In this document: positions 18,334 through 28,869 of the stretch, piece after piece
How positions within the stretch are numbered: the stretch's first letter is position 1
Layout: each line of letters begins with the position of its first letter
Assembly (NCBI GenBank): GCA_030765625.1
Contig: JAVCCF010000109.1
Coordinates: forward strand, 34,991-98,990
From: Candidatus Tenebribacter burtonii
GTDB lineage: Bacteria; Cloacimonadota; Cloacimonadia; Cloacimonadales; TCS61
DNA length: 64,000 bases
Reading direction: 5' to 3'
Translations under genes and position numbers: made by a program
Notes under the pieces: generated by a model
What the model was told of the DNA's origin: nothing
What the model saw: the letters and a program-made list of their open reading frames with translations, nothing else
Database searches by the model: none

Positions 18334-18443
18334 AATTTGCTAAATGCAATAATCAATTTTGTGAGTCAATAAAATAAATGATATAAAGAAAAATTGGTAT
18401 GTTTATTTATAATCATAAAATAAATTAAATCAGATAAAATCAT

Positions 18444-19292
18444 TTAATTCAGCTTCTTCCATCTGACACATTTCCCGGCAGGCAAATTGTTACCTGATTC
18501 TGATTTTATTGTGAGGTCAAATGTTTCTATTTTTCCTTTTTTCAAATTATGTAATTTTGTAAGTTCGTTTCGTAATTCAAGATGTCCAAAATTTTTGTCG
18601 TGACACGAAAGGATTATAAATTCTGGATCATTACTTAGAAGTTTATCGACTAATTTCATTAATTTTGGGAGATCTCTACCGATCTTCCACGTAGTTCCTT
18701 TTTTCCCGTGACCAAAAGCAGGTGGATCTAAAATTATACCATCATAAACAGAGCCACGCTTAACTTCACGAGATAGAAAAGAAATTATATCATCGATGAT
18801 CCAGCGAATATTATTATTTTCTAAATTAGATAATCGGCAATTTTGTTTTGCCCAATTAATACTGCTGGAAGAAGCATCGATGTGAGTGAGGGTCGTTCCT
18901 TTTGTAGATGCAAAAAGAGTGGATGCTCCTGTATAGGCAAATCCATTTAAAATATTCAAAGGTCGATATGCTTGAAATATCACATCTCTCAGCCACTGCC
19001 AATTTGTAAATTGTTCAGGGAATATCCCTATTTGTTGATTGGGAGAGATCTTTAATTCAAATGTTAAATTATCGCATTCAAAATATGGTAAATTCTCTAC
19101 TGAGAAAATAATCCATTTATCTTGCAATGGATCAAATTTAGCATGATATTGTTGCCAAATGTCATTTCCTAGTTTTCGTTTCCATGCAGCCTGCAAAGCA
19201 GGTCGGCGAATGATAACTTCTCCAACTTGCTCTAATTTCTCAAAATTCCCACAATCCAATAATGTGTAATTACATTTTACTAAATCTTTCAT
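18444..19292 (-). CDS. SAM-dependent methyltransferase (RlmI/RlmK-like, PF10672-type)
   Basis: LNGFAYTGASTLFA (SAM motif I) and IILDPPAFG (catalytic DPPxF-type motif). Confidence 0.65.
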   Translation of the reverse strand: MKDLVKCNYTLLDCGNFEKLEQVGEVIIRRPALQAAWKRKLGNDIWQQYHAKFDPLQDKWIIFSVENLPYFECDNLTFELKISPNQQIGIFPEQFTNWQWLRDVIFQAYRPLNILNGFAYTGASTLFASTKGTTLTHIDASSSSINWAKQNCRLSNLENNNIRWIIDDIISFLSREVKRGSVYDGIILDPPAFGHGKKGTTWKIGRDLPKLMKLVDKLLSNDPEFIILSCHDKNFGHLELRNELTKLHNLKKGKIETFDLTIKSESGNNLPAGKCVRWKKLN

Positions 19293-19605
19293 AAAATAAT
19301 AATTTGATAATAATGAAAATCTGTAAAGCCAAAACTATTATTGATGTAATACGTGATAGAAAAAGCATTAAGATTAATTTTTTAGAATAATAAACATATA
19401 TTGCGGAACAAATATTGCATTTTAGAGATTGAAGGATTGATTTAAATAAAACTCTTTGCTTTTCTTGACAAATATATTGAGTTTCTATTTTGTCAAACCC
19501 ATGCAAACTGTATGTAATTTCTTTATATGCAGTTTGTTAGAAATATATGCAGTATGAAATTTGCACTTATTTCAAAAAAATAAAAAATTAATTATAGGAG
19601 TAATT

Positions 19606-22600
19606 ATGAAAAAATTATTTTTGTTTATTGTAACTGTGCTGTGTTTTACATCACTTTTTGCAAATGCAGCAATACCATTTAATGAGGAATATTTTCTTCC
19701 CAACAGAATAATTGTGGGATTTAAATGGGATACAATTGGCAACAAAGAATGTATTTTGGATTATGAATTTAGCGATGGTATTATTAAAACAGGAATAACA
19801 AGTTTTGATCAACTGTCTGAACAATTTGAATTTGTAGAATTAGCACAGCGAATAGATTTTGTGAAAGATCTGGATTGGAACGAAGATGGACTCTATCCAA
19901 GATGTATTTACAATATCACTCTGGCAAGTAATGATAAAATCAATGAAGCATTGGAAGCACTTGCAGACGATCCAAATATAATCTATGCTGAATTTGAGCC
20001 TGTTTACAAATTTGAGTATGTTCCAAATGATGCATCTTATGATATGCAATGGTATCATCAGTTTATCCAAAGTGAACCTACATGGGATTATACAACAGGA
20101 AGCGAAGATGTTATTATCGGAATTGTAGACTCTGGAATTAAATGGAACCATTCTGATCTGCAGGATAATATCTGGATCAATGAACCTGAACTTAATTCAA
20201 CGTCAGGCGGGAATGTCATGAACATAAATTGGACTGCTGGTACTGTTTCTGGTGGTAATGGAATAGATGATGATGGAAATGGTAAGATAGACGATTGTAT
20301 TGGCTGGAATTTCTATGGTACCCAAAGTAATCAGTCATATCAAGGTTATGCAGATAATTCTCATGGTACTCATGTTGCAGGATGTGCAGGTGCAGTTGGA
20401 GACAACTATATTGGTGTTACAGGTCCAATGATGAACGTTAAACTGATCTCATCTCGCCACTCACCTAATAATTTTGCAACTAATAGTATTTGGTCTGGTG
20501 ATCTTGGAATTAATTATTGTGCAAATTCAGGCGCAGACATTATTAATTGTAGTTTTGGTGGACCTGGTGGAAGTACAACTTATAATAATGCTATTAATAA
20601 CGCCATGAGTCTTGGAGCTATTGTTGTTTGTGCTGCAGGAAATGATAATGAAGATATTGGCATATATGCTCATTATCCGGGTAATGCTACAAACGCAGTA
20701 TGTGTTGCTGCTACCGGTCCTAACAATGATGTAAGAGCTGATTATTCTAATTATGGAACACCTGTTGATGTTTCTGCACCAGGTTCAGGTATATATTCTA
20801 CGGTAATTGGCGGAAGTGGTTACGAAAATTATGATGGTACTTCTATGGCTTCTCCTGTAGCAGCCGGTGTTGCTGGTCTTATTAAATCTATTCATCCTGA
20901 TTTAACTTCTGAAGAACTTAAAGCTAGATTGGAATTAACTTGTGATAATATTGATGCAGTTAATCCTACTTATATTGGTGATTTAGGAACAGGACGGGTG
21001 AATGCTTTTAAGGGAGCTATGTACGACTTGATTCCCAATATTACAATTTCAGCATTTATAGCTGCTGAACAAACTGGTGATGGTGATGGAGTACCTAATC
21101 CGGGTGAGATAGTAAATTTAATAATTAATCTGGAGAATGATGATTTCTGGCTTGATGCAGAAGATGTTACTGCTACTCTCAGTTGTGAGGTTGCCGAAAT
21201 AACGATACTCAATGATGAATCTTTTTATTCTGATATTTCATCAGGATCTAATGGTTGGAATTCCAGTGATCCTTTTAGCTTTGAAACTCCGCCGGAACTT
21301 TCTAATTTCATAATTCCTTTCACCTTGACCGTTTCTGCTAATCAAAGTGCTGCTTGGCCTTATTTGGTGGAACTTGAGATGGTAGTTGAGTTAACGCTGG
21401 CTCAAGCTGGCTGGCCTCTGGTTCTGGAAAGTGTTTCAACATCAAGTGGTGCGATTGTAGATCTTGAAGATGATGGTTCAAAAGAAATAATATTTGGTGA
21501 TTATATGGGCATGATTCATGTTATGCATGCAGATGGAACTCCCGTTGCTCCATTTCCTATTGATACTGGTGCTACAATTGGAGTCGCTGTTGCTGTTGGT
21601 TTAGTAGATTGTGATGAATATGAAGATATCGTAATTGGTAATGATGCTGGTCATGTAATTGCATATGATCATAACGGAAACATTATTTTTGATTATCTAG
21701 CGGGTGGGATTATAAAAAGTAATCCTATGATTGCCGATGTTGATGGAAATGGTTTAATGGAAGTGATAGTTTGTACGTACCCTATGGGTGCAGTTCATAT
21801 TATTAATTCAGATGGAACTTCTTTCCCAAACTTCCCAGCTTCATTAGATAGTCCGGTACTGTCTTCTGCTGCTATTGGAGATTTGAATGATGATGGAAAT
21901 CTTGAAATTCTGGTCATTACATTAACTGGTTCTTTGAATGCTATTTCTTCCAATACGGGTTCCAATCTTACCGGATGGCCCTACGCTCTGGGTTCAGGTT
22001 CAACTCAAGGACCGACACTATCAAATTTAGATTCCGATGTTTATCCTGAAGTTCTTATCGCTACGGTTTCAACTCCAGGCAATGTTGTTGTTATTGACAA
22101 TGATGGTTCTTTAATGCTGGATATAGCAGTTGGTACTCAAGTTCGTACTGCAATTGTAACTGCAGACTTTAATAATAATGAAAACGCAGACATCTGTTTT
22201 ATCGATTTTGACGGAAATGTGCATATTGTAGATCAAGCTGGAAATGATCTTCCAAACTTTCCTGTTAATATTGGTGAATCAGTTGATTCAACACCCGTTA
22301 TTGTTGATATGGACGCAAATGGAACGCTCGATGTTGTATTTGGAGATAATGCTGGATATTTGCACTCAATAGATATTACTGGTAATGAAACCTATGCATT
22401 CCCAATAAATTTAGGGAGTTCCCTCAAAATAGCTCCTGCCGTAGGATATGCAGATAATGACGGAGATATTGAGATACTTATACCAAATCAAATATCTTAC
22501 TATTTGATAGATTACAAAAATACAAGTGGAAATGTACAATGGGCTAATTTTAAACGTAATCCTCAAAGAACTGGTAATGCTCTTAATCCTACGTCAGGAA

Positions 22601-22902
22601 GCCAGCCAGAAGTTGCTCCTGTATTTACGAATACTCTTGGCCAAAATTATCCTAACCCATTCAACCCTGATACTAATATCAGTTTCAGTATTAAAGAAGA
22701 TAGTTTTGTAAGTTTAAAAGTTTACAATACACGTGGTCAACTTGTCAAAACTCTGATTTCAGAGAATTTGTCTGAAGGTGTTCATTTTAGTTCTTGGAAT
22801 GGAAGAGATAATAGCAATAAATCTGTTTCAAGTGGAATTTATTTCTATAAAATGAATTCAATAGATTATTCATCTGTAAAGAAAATGATTCTTTTAAAAT
22901 AA
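19606..22902 (+). CDS. secreted subtilisin-like S8 serine protease with FG-GAP/VCBS beta-propeller and C-terminal sorting domain
   Basis: ATG at 19606 follows aggag. Signal peptide, then the catalytic triad motifs GIVDSGI (Asp), HGTHVAG (His) and GTSMASP (Ser). About eight D-x-D/N-x-D-G FG-GAP-like repeats. The CTD is NYPNPFNPDTNISF...SGIYFYKM...MILLK. Confidence 0.9.
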   Translation: MKKLFLFIVTVLCFTSLFANAAIPFNEEYFLPNRIIVGFKWDTIGNKECILDYEFSDGIIKTGITSFDQLSEQFEFVELAQRIDFVKDLDWNEDGLYPRCIYNITLASNDKINEALEALADDPNIIYAEFEPVYKFEYVPNDASYDMQWYHQFIQSEPTWDYTTGSEDVIIGIVDSGIKWNHSDLQDNIWINEPELNSTSGGNVMNINWTAGTVSGGNGIDDDGNGKIDDCIGWNFYGTQSNQSYQGYADNSHGTHVAGCAGAVGDNYIGVTGPMMNVKLISSRHSPNNFATNSIWSGDLGINYCANSGADIINCSFGGPGGSTTYNNAINNAMSLGAIVVCAAGNDNEDIGIYAHYPGNATNAVCVAATGPNNDVRADYSNYGTPVDVSAPGSGIYSTVIGGSGYENYDGTSMASPVAAGVAGLIKSIHPDLTSEELKARLELTCDNIDAVNPTYIGDLGTGRVNAFKGAMYDLIPNITISAFIAAEQTGDGDGVPNPGEIVNLIINLENDDFWLDAEDVTATLSCEVAEITILNDESFYSDISSGSNGWNSSDPFSFETPPELSNFIIPFTLTVSANQSAAWPYLVELEMVVELTLAQAGWPLVLESVSTSSGAIVDLEDDGSKEIIFGDYMGMIHVMHADGTPVAPFPIDTGATIGVAVAVGLVDCDEYEDIVIGNDAGHVIAYDHNGNIIFDYLAGGIIKSNPMIADVDGNGLMEVIVCTYPMGAVHIINSDGTSFPNFPASLDSPVLSSAAIGDLNDDGNLEILVITLTGSLNAISSNTGSNLTGWPYALGSGSTQGPTLSNLDSDVYPEVLIATVSTPGNVVVIDNDGSLMLDIAVGTQVRTAIVTADFNNNENADICFIDFDGNVHIVDQAGNDLPNFPVNIGESVDSTPVIVDMDANGTLDVVFGDNAGYLHSIDITGNETYAFPINLGSSLKIAPAVGYADNDGDIEILIPNQISYYLIDYKNTSGNVQWANFKRNPQRTGNALNPTSGSQPEVAPVFTNTLGQNYPNPFNPDTNISFSIKEDSFVSLKVYNTRGQLVKTLISENLSEGVHFSSWNGRDNSNKSVSSGIYFYKMNSIDYSSVKKMILLK

Positions 22903-22953
22903 CGTAAAGCAAATATTAAATGTTGGTTTTGCGGCACGAAACAACATATATGC

Positions 22954-22983
22954 AAAAGGGGAAAGCATTAGCTTTCCCCTTTT
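22954..22983 (+). terminator. Rho-independent terminator
   Basis: Perfect 13-bp stem aaaaggggaaagc / gctttcccctttt with loop atta. It ends in a T-run, 52 nt after the S8 gene stop. Confidence 0.85.
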
Positions 22984-23129
22984 GCTATAAAAAGCAAAAA
23001 AATGATGATAATATAACAAAAAGTATTTCCACTAATTTTAGTGTTCGTATTAAGCACTTAATGATATTTTAAGTAAAAATTATTTGACAGACACTAATAT
23101 AATTACATAGATAAAATTGGAGTAAGTTA

Positions 23130-26100
23130 ATGAGAAGAATCTTTTTTCTGTTTTTATCTTTGCTGACATGGGTCAATGCCGTTTCGTTAATAGTAGAAAC
23201 TGCATCATTCACAGATTTTCTGTATGGTTCTACAGAAGATTGTGAATATGACAACTGGATATCTCATATTGTTGAAGGTATTGCGGAGGAAGGTTATAAT
23301 TTATATTCTCCATGGGAAGTACAATCAGATAGTTTTGGAACTTTTGTACTACCGGATGATTTTATGCTTGCACAATGGCAAAATATAATAGATGCTTTTC
23401 TTTTACAAAATTATCTTGCAGTACAGGGTATGTTGGATAGTTACAATTTTCCATATCATGTTGTTGAATTCAATGACACTGATACAGGGAATACTTATTA
23501 CATGTTGCGTGAAAACTTGAATCCAGGATATTATGACACAAATGGGACACCAGGAACTCATGATGATGAGATTGGTTCTTTTGATTATGGTTGGGGACTT
23601 TTCATTCATAATCCGCAATCAATAAATCCGGCAATTATTACAGTTCCACACCCGAATGATGATTTTATAACTCCGGTAATCGGCTATAAGTGCTTTAAAG
23701 ATTGGAACGCAAAATTCTTGCTTATCTCTGGTGCAGGAAGAGAAGTTTTATGGACGGAACAAGGCAATTATTCCAATTCACGATCTTTATGCGATCCTTC
23801 TAGAAATGAAGATGTAGTTTTTAATATAGCTTATAAGTCATTTTGTGATAACGTAAGAGAAAATTTTAATAGACGAGAATTTTCTGCACAGATCCACAGT
23901 TATGATTGGAACAGGCATGATAATCATCCCGACTGTCAGGTCTCGGCAATGCACAATTGCCCGAATCTTCCCATCAGAGATCTCTCTGATCTGCATCTTG
24001 ATATGATAAATGCATCGGAACACATTATGATTCCACAAAATACTATAGGTTCCAATACAGAGGTTTTGCTAAACGATTATTATTCGGTAAATTATTCTCT
24101 TTATGATTTCCTTTTCTACAACTGGGAAGGTGCCCCGTATCCGGTAAATGATAATGTAGACCTTCCGGGATATGGCGAAAATAAGCAAAGAATGTATACT
24201 TATCAAGATTGGAATGATTATGATATTTTTGATCCTTTCTTCCATATTGAAATGGACGAACTTCCGGGTAGCTATGTAGAATCAGAAGAAAACTATCATT
24301 GGTTTTACGGCTTTGATACAGAAACTAATATGTTCCAAATGGATATGCTATTTGATAAAACACTGTCTTATTATTCATATTGGGTAGATGCAATGACAGA
24401 GATCTTGCCGGAAACTTTAGAACTTGATGACGGACTTATACCAACCACTCCACAAAACTTTATTGCATCAAATGTTGATCATAATTCAATTAATCTTCAG
24501 TGGGAACCAATCTCTTCCTTCGATTTTTATACTTACGAAATTCTATTTGCAGATGAACCGATAACGCAAGTTAATCATGTAATTATTAATAGAGAAAATG
24601 TTAGTTATCTCGCCAGTCCTTTACAAAGTGCATACTCTATATTTTCACTTGATATCAATAATAATTATTATTTCCAGATACGAGCAATTGACAGTAATGG
24701 AAATTCTTCACCTTTCTCAGAAGAACTTGAAGTATTTACAGCACCTGCACAAATTGAGGATCTTACAGCAATTGGACTCGATACAAGAGCAAATATCACT
24801 TGGACAACAGGACAACAAAATGGGAATATGGGATTCAATGTCTATAGAAGGCAACACGGTGAAGAATTTATCCAGATAGATAGTTGGACAAATAATTTTT
24901 TATTATCTGGAACTCAAAACCCTGGAGAAGAATATTCATACTTTGATGAAAATTTAGAAAATGGAATAATTTATACATATCAGATATCATCAGAAAATGA
25001 GAGCGGTAATGTATTTCTGTATAACCAAGTGAAAAGCTGTTCTCCAAGTAAACACTTCAATATTTATGTTTCAAATTCCAATTCAACTATAATAGATTCT
25101 ACAACATTTGCAAAAAACCAGTATGCTCATAACTGGCAAGATACCGGTTATGATATTTTAAAAAATATGGAACTGGCAGATGAATATATTTTCTCTGCTT
25201 TTTACGAACAGTATTGGTCTCCAGGCGGTGTTTACTTTCAACAAGAAATTCATAGTAATTATTCACCCTTGGAAAGCTATAAAATATGGAATCTGAGAGT
25301 AAAAACAAATCAAATTGATGAGCCAGTAGAAATATTTGTCAGCCCTAATTTCTTTGAAAATAATGGAAAACTATATCTGTTAAATATACAAACTGATCAG
25401 ATCACAGATATGCTTAATGAAAATCTGATCTTCTTTGCTGAAGATACAATTTATTATGATTTCAGGTTATATTGGGGTGATCTGCATCCTATTGTTGACA
25501 TTACCAATATGCAAAATCAGCTTCTTCAAGGTAGAGACGAGTTATTGATCGAATGGCAATCGAATGTTTATCAATTAATCGAATACTTTGATATCTCATT
25601 GCAGAATGAAGAAACCACTATTGTAATTGCTGATTCTGTGGGTCAAATGGAAGATCAATTTATTTGGGAAACTCCGGAAGATATTGAGATACACAATGCA
25701 CATATTGTTATTGGTATTCACGCTACAGATGGGATAATTTATGAACATACTTCTACCGCATTTTTTGGAATTGTTCCTCTGATTTATATTATTGAATTCA
25801 CCGAAGGCTGGCAGTTGATAACTAATCCGTGGAACAGTGATAATCCATACTATGTTTCAGACATATTTGGACCAAATTCTGATTTGCTTTTTCCTCTTCC
25901 AGACAATAATTTTGAAATTTCTGATATGTTTAATTTTGGAATTGGATACTGGTTGAATGCAGAAGCAGAAGGTTATTTTACCCACTCTAACGCAATCATA
26001 AAAGATAATTATTCTATTTCCCTGAATTCTGGTTGGAATCTTATACCAAATCCATACCTTTGTTCATATAACCCACGCAATTTTGGAATAACAAATTCTG

Positions 26101-27050
26101 GAAGCACCTTCCCATTTGGATATGCTGTGGAAGAAGAACTTATTGCTAATGTTGCTTATGTTTACAGAGAGGGGATATTTGTAGAAACAGATATTATCAA
26201 TCCATACGAAGCATTTTATTTGTATGTAAATGAGGATGGTTATGATAATATGGAATGTATATTCTATCCCTATTATAGTGGATATTATGCTATCCCTGAA
26301 GTAGACTGGGAAATTGCGATTTCAGCAACTCAAACTGATAGTGATGGGTTTATTTTGGGTTGTAGCGAACATGCAACTGATAGTTTCGATAACGTTTACG
26401 ATTTGCCAGAAGCACCCGTAAAACCTGTGGAAAACGGGATTAAAATGTATCTCCCTAAAAATTCTCATCTCGATTCTCTTTATCTTTATTCAGAATTAGA
26501 TCGCGAGATAAAATCATCTTTGGAGACAGGATTACCTGAAAGTAAATTGTGGAATTTTGTTTTAGAAATTCAAATTTTAGATGCTGTAACATTTGAATTC
26601 GATATGTTAGATCTACCGGAAGGTTATTATGCTGATATACAGATCGATGGTAACAGTTGGAATCAGCTGACAAGCGGAAGCTATATTTATTCTATCATTC
26701 CATCTCAAATAGGAGCAATTTCCGGTTCAGTTCTTGTGAGCAATAATGTAGTCACATCAGATGATATAGTCTCTACCAGATATGATTTTATTAATTATCC
26801 AAATCCCTTTAATCCTTCCACCAATATTCACTTTAATGTTCCTGAAGAAGGTAGAGTAGAACTATCTATTTACAATATTAAAGGACAGAAAGTAAAAACT
26901 GTGTGTAAAGAGATTCTACCTGCTGGAAATCATGAATATATCTGGGAAGGGAAAAACAATTCTGATAATACCGTTGCTTCAGGTATATATTTTATCCGTC
27001 TGAACAACGGAGAAAAAACAAAGATCAGAAAAGTATTATTACTTAAATAG
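23130..27050 (+). CDS. large secreted protein (1306 aa) with fibronectin-III-like modules and C-terminal sorting domain
   Basis: Signal peptide, FN3-like segment (PTTPQNFIASNVDHNSINLQWEP...YYFQIRAIDSNGNSS) and CTD NYPNPFNPSTNIHF...SGIYFIRL...VLLLK. N-terminal motifs VPHPNDD, SRSLCDPSRN, IHSYDW and HIEMDE tentatively resemble the FGase/M14-like hydrolase fold. Confidence 0.75.
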   Translation: MRRIFFLFLSLLTWVNAVSLIVETASFTDFLYGSTEDCEYDNWISHIVEGIAEEGYNLYSPWEVQSDSFGTFVLPDDFMLAQWQNIIDAFLLQNYLAVQGMLDSYNFPYHVVEFNDTDTGNTYYMLRENLNPGYYDTNGTPGTHDDEIGSFDYGWGLFIHNPQSINPAIITVPHPNDDFITPVIGYKCFKDWNAKFLLISGAGREVLWTEQGNYSNSRSLCDPSRNEDVVFNIAYKSFCDNVRENFNRREFSAQIHSYDWNRHDNHPDCQVSAMHNCPNLPIRDLSDLHLDMINASEHIMIPQNTIGSNTEVLLNDYYSVNYSLYDFLFYNWEGAPYPVNDNVDLPGYGENKQRMYTYQDWNDYDIFDPFFHIEMDELPGSYVESEENYHWFYGFDTETNMFQMDMLFDKTLSYYSYWVDAMTEILPETLELDDGLIPTTPQNFIASNVDHNSINLQWEPISSFDFYTYEILFADEPITQVNHVIINRENVSYLASPLQSAYSIFSLDINNNYYFQIRAIDSNGNSSPFSEELEVFTAPAQIEDLTAIGLDTRANITWTTGQQNGNMGFNVYRRQHGEEFIQIDSWTNNFLLSGTQNPGEEYSYFDENLENGIIYTYQISSENESGNVFLYNQVKSCSPSKHFNIYVSNSNSTIIDSTTFAKNQYAHNWQDTGYDILKNMELADEYIFSAFYEQYWSPGGVYFQQEIHSNYSPLESYKIWNLRVKTNQIDEPVEIFVSPNFFENNGKLYLLNIQTDQITDMLNENLIFFAEDTIYYDFRLYWGDLHPIVDITNMQNQLLQGRDELLIEWQSNVYQLIEYFDISLQNEETTIVIADSVGQMEDQFIWETPEDIEIHNAHIVIGIHATDGIIYEHTSTAFFGIVPLIYIIEFTEGWQLITNPWNSDNPYYVSDIFGPNSDLLFPLPDNNFEISDMFNFGIGYWLNAEAEGYFTHSNAIIKDNYSISLNSGWNLIPNPYLCSYNPRNFGITNSGSTFPFGYAVEEELIANVAYVYREGIFVETDIINPYEAFYLYVNEDGYDNMECIFYPYYSGYYAIPEVDWEIAISATQTDSDGFILGCSEHATDSFDNVYDLPEAPVKPVENGIKMYLPKNSHLDSLYLYSELDREIKSSLETGLPESKLWNFVLEIQILDAVTFEFDMLDLPEGYYADIQIDGNSWNQLTSGSYIYSIIPSQIGAISGSVLVSNNVVTSDDIVSTRYDFINYPNPFNPSTNIHFNVPEEGRVELSIYNIKGQKVKTVCKEILPAGNHEYIWEGKNNSDNTVASGIYFIRLNNGEKTKIRKVLLLK

Positions 27051-27079
27051 TATTTATTTTCTTTTTCTTCTTGATTAAA

Positions 27080-28756
27080 CTACTTCAACAAAACCATCCT
27101 TTTAGTTTTCTCATAATTTTCTGTTTTAAGTTTATAGAAGTAAATTCCACTTGCAACTGATTTATTACTTTCATCGGTTCCGTTCCAAACAATAGAATGC
27201 TGACCAGCTGGAAGCTGATCACTGAACAGCTGTTTAACTTTTTGCCCTTTCAGGTTAAATATCTCTAGAGTAACCAGTGACGATGTTTGTGTTATTGAAA
27301 AAGAGATTGTTGTTTCAGGATTGAAAGGATTAGGATAATTTCCAATTAGCATATTGGTAGATAAAATTAAATCATCTTCCGTATTTGTATAATCCAATGT
27401 CATTGTTATTGGAATTATCAATTCATCTTGTGATGGATCGTTATGATAAATTACGATTTCAGCAGTATATTGTCCTACCTCAAATCCATCAGGATCAAAA
27501 GAAATGAATATATCTTCATAATCATTTGGCTGAATGATACAGGAATCTAGACTTATTTCCAGCCAACCTGCAAATTGAGATGAATCCATGATTGCCAGTT
27601 CACAGTTCAGATCGGATTCACCGATATTTGAAAGTATCATTATTCCTTCATGGATATGGTTAGAAGTGATGGTGATATCTATGGAAAATGGATTGCAATG
27701 AATTGCTGGAGGTAAAATACATTCCGTAGACAAAGGGATAAGTAACTCAGGTGTATCAGGGTCATTACTGAAAATTGTCAATTCACCAAAATACTGTCCA
27801 AGCTCATCAATTTCAAATTCAATTTCCAGAACTTGTTGTTCTGAATTAGCTAACTCGAATTCTGTAGAACCAAGATAATTAAATCCTTCACCTGCGATAT
27901 TAATATCAGTTATCCAAAGTGTATCCAATCCTGAATTTGAGATTACTAATTGATGTGTATATGTATAATCTGGATAAGTAATCCCAAAATCTAGTTCAAA
28001 TTCTGAAGCAATAATATTTGGTAATGTACTATCAATTAGAAAGTTGAGATATTGTCCCATTACGTATGCTTTAGTATTACCAATAGAGCCATCTGCCATC
28101 GCACCAAAAAAAGAGGAAGATGCTATTGTTCTATAAAGTCTGGGATTATAATAGATACCCCGTACAGCATCATCCTGTGATTGAGCAAAAGCAGTACCAG
28201 AATCAGCTTCAAGTTCATCAAGACCGAAATCAGCATTTGAACCGTAAAGATAATTTAATGAATAACCAGGGAAAATTTCTGTACTATCAGCAATAATTGT
28301 TTGAATTTCAGAATATAAAGGAGATGGAATAGAATTTTCACCCAATCCAAAATAAGGACGCAACAAAGCATGATCACCTGTGCCCAAAATAGCACTTTCA
28401 AGGTAAACTGCTTTACCAGCTTCTAAAAAATCTATAATTTTTTGTATGTCTTCAGGTCCGACCGGATCTGGAGGAGTCCATCCTCAACCAGCGCACCAAA
28501 TGCCGGCAGTAGCAAATATAATATCATATCCAGAAAGGTCATCTGCCAGTAAAGTATCAACCTCTGAAGTAAAGCCATTTGCAGATAATGCAGTTTGTAT
28601 TCCTGCCTCTAAACCTACATATATCCATGGGTCCTCGGGATTGGCTATCTCTGATCCACCATCCCTATCCCAAATAAGTATATTCTGAGCAGGAAGTGCA
28701 ATTATGTATAAAACAAATATCAGAAAAAATATTTTTATTCTCATTTCCAACCTCAT
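27080..28756 (-). CDS. predicted selenocysteine-containing secreted protein (CxxU motif) with C-terminal sorting domain; in-frame TGA at 28484-28486
   Basis: Track ORFs 28484..28756 (signal peptide) and 27080..28387 (CTD NYPNPFNPETTISF...SGIYFYKL...MVLLK) are in the same frame. They are separated only by one TGA: ...YDIIFATAGIWCAG-TGA-GWTPPDPVGPEDIQKIIDFLEAGKAVYLESAILGTGDH. A SECIS-like hairpin follows. Confidence 0.7.
28450..28473 (-). promoter_or_regulatory. candidate bacterial SECIS hairpin
   Basis: Minus-strand RNA CUCCAGAUCC-GGUC-GGACCUGAAG forms a 10-position stem (8 Watson-Crick pairs, 2 mismatches) with a GGUC tetraloop. The stem starts 10 nt after the UGA and the loop occupies nt 21-24 after it. 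Confidence 0.6.
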
Positions 28757-28869
28757 AAACCAATTTATTTTTTATTATGCAATAAATATACCAAAAACCG
28801 TCTGTAATTGACGAATGATTAACAAGAAAATTAGTTCTTTTTTAATAAAAATAACTTAATAAGTTTTCC

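Noticed and set aside
19270-19506. 78-aa ORF and short direct repeats (atatgcagt x2) upstream of the S8 protease gene
   Set aside because: The ORF is hydrophobic and low-complexity and sits in an AT-rich promoter region. The 9-nt repeats are too short to separate from chance in AT-rich DNA.
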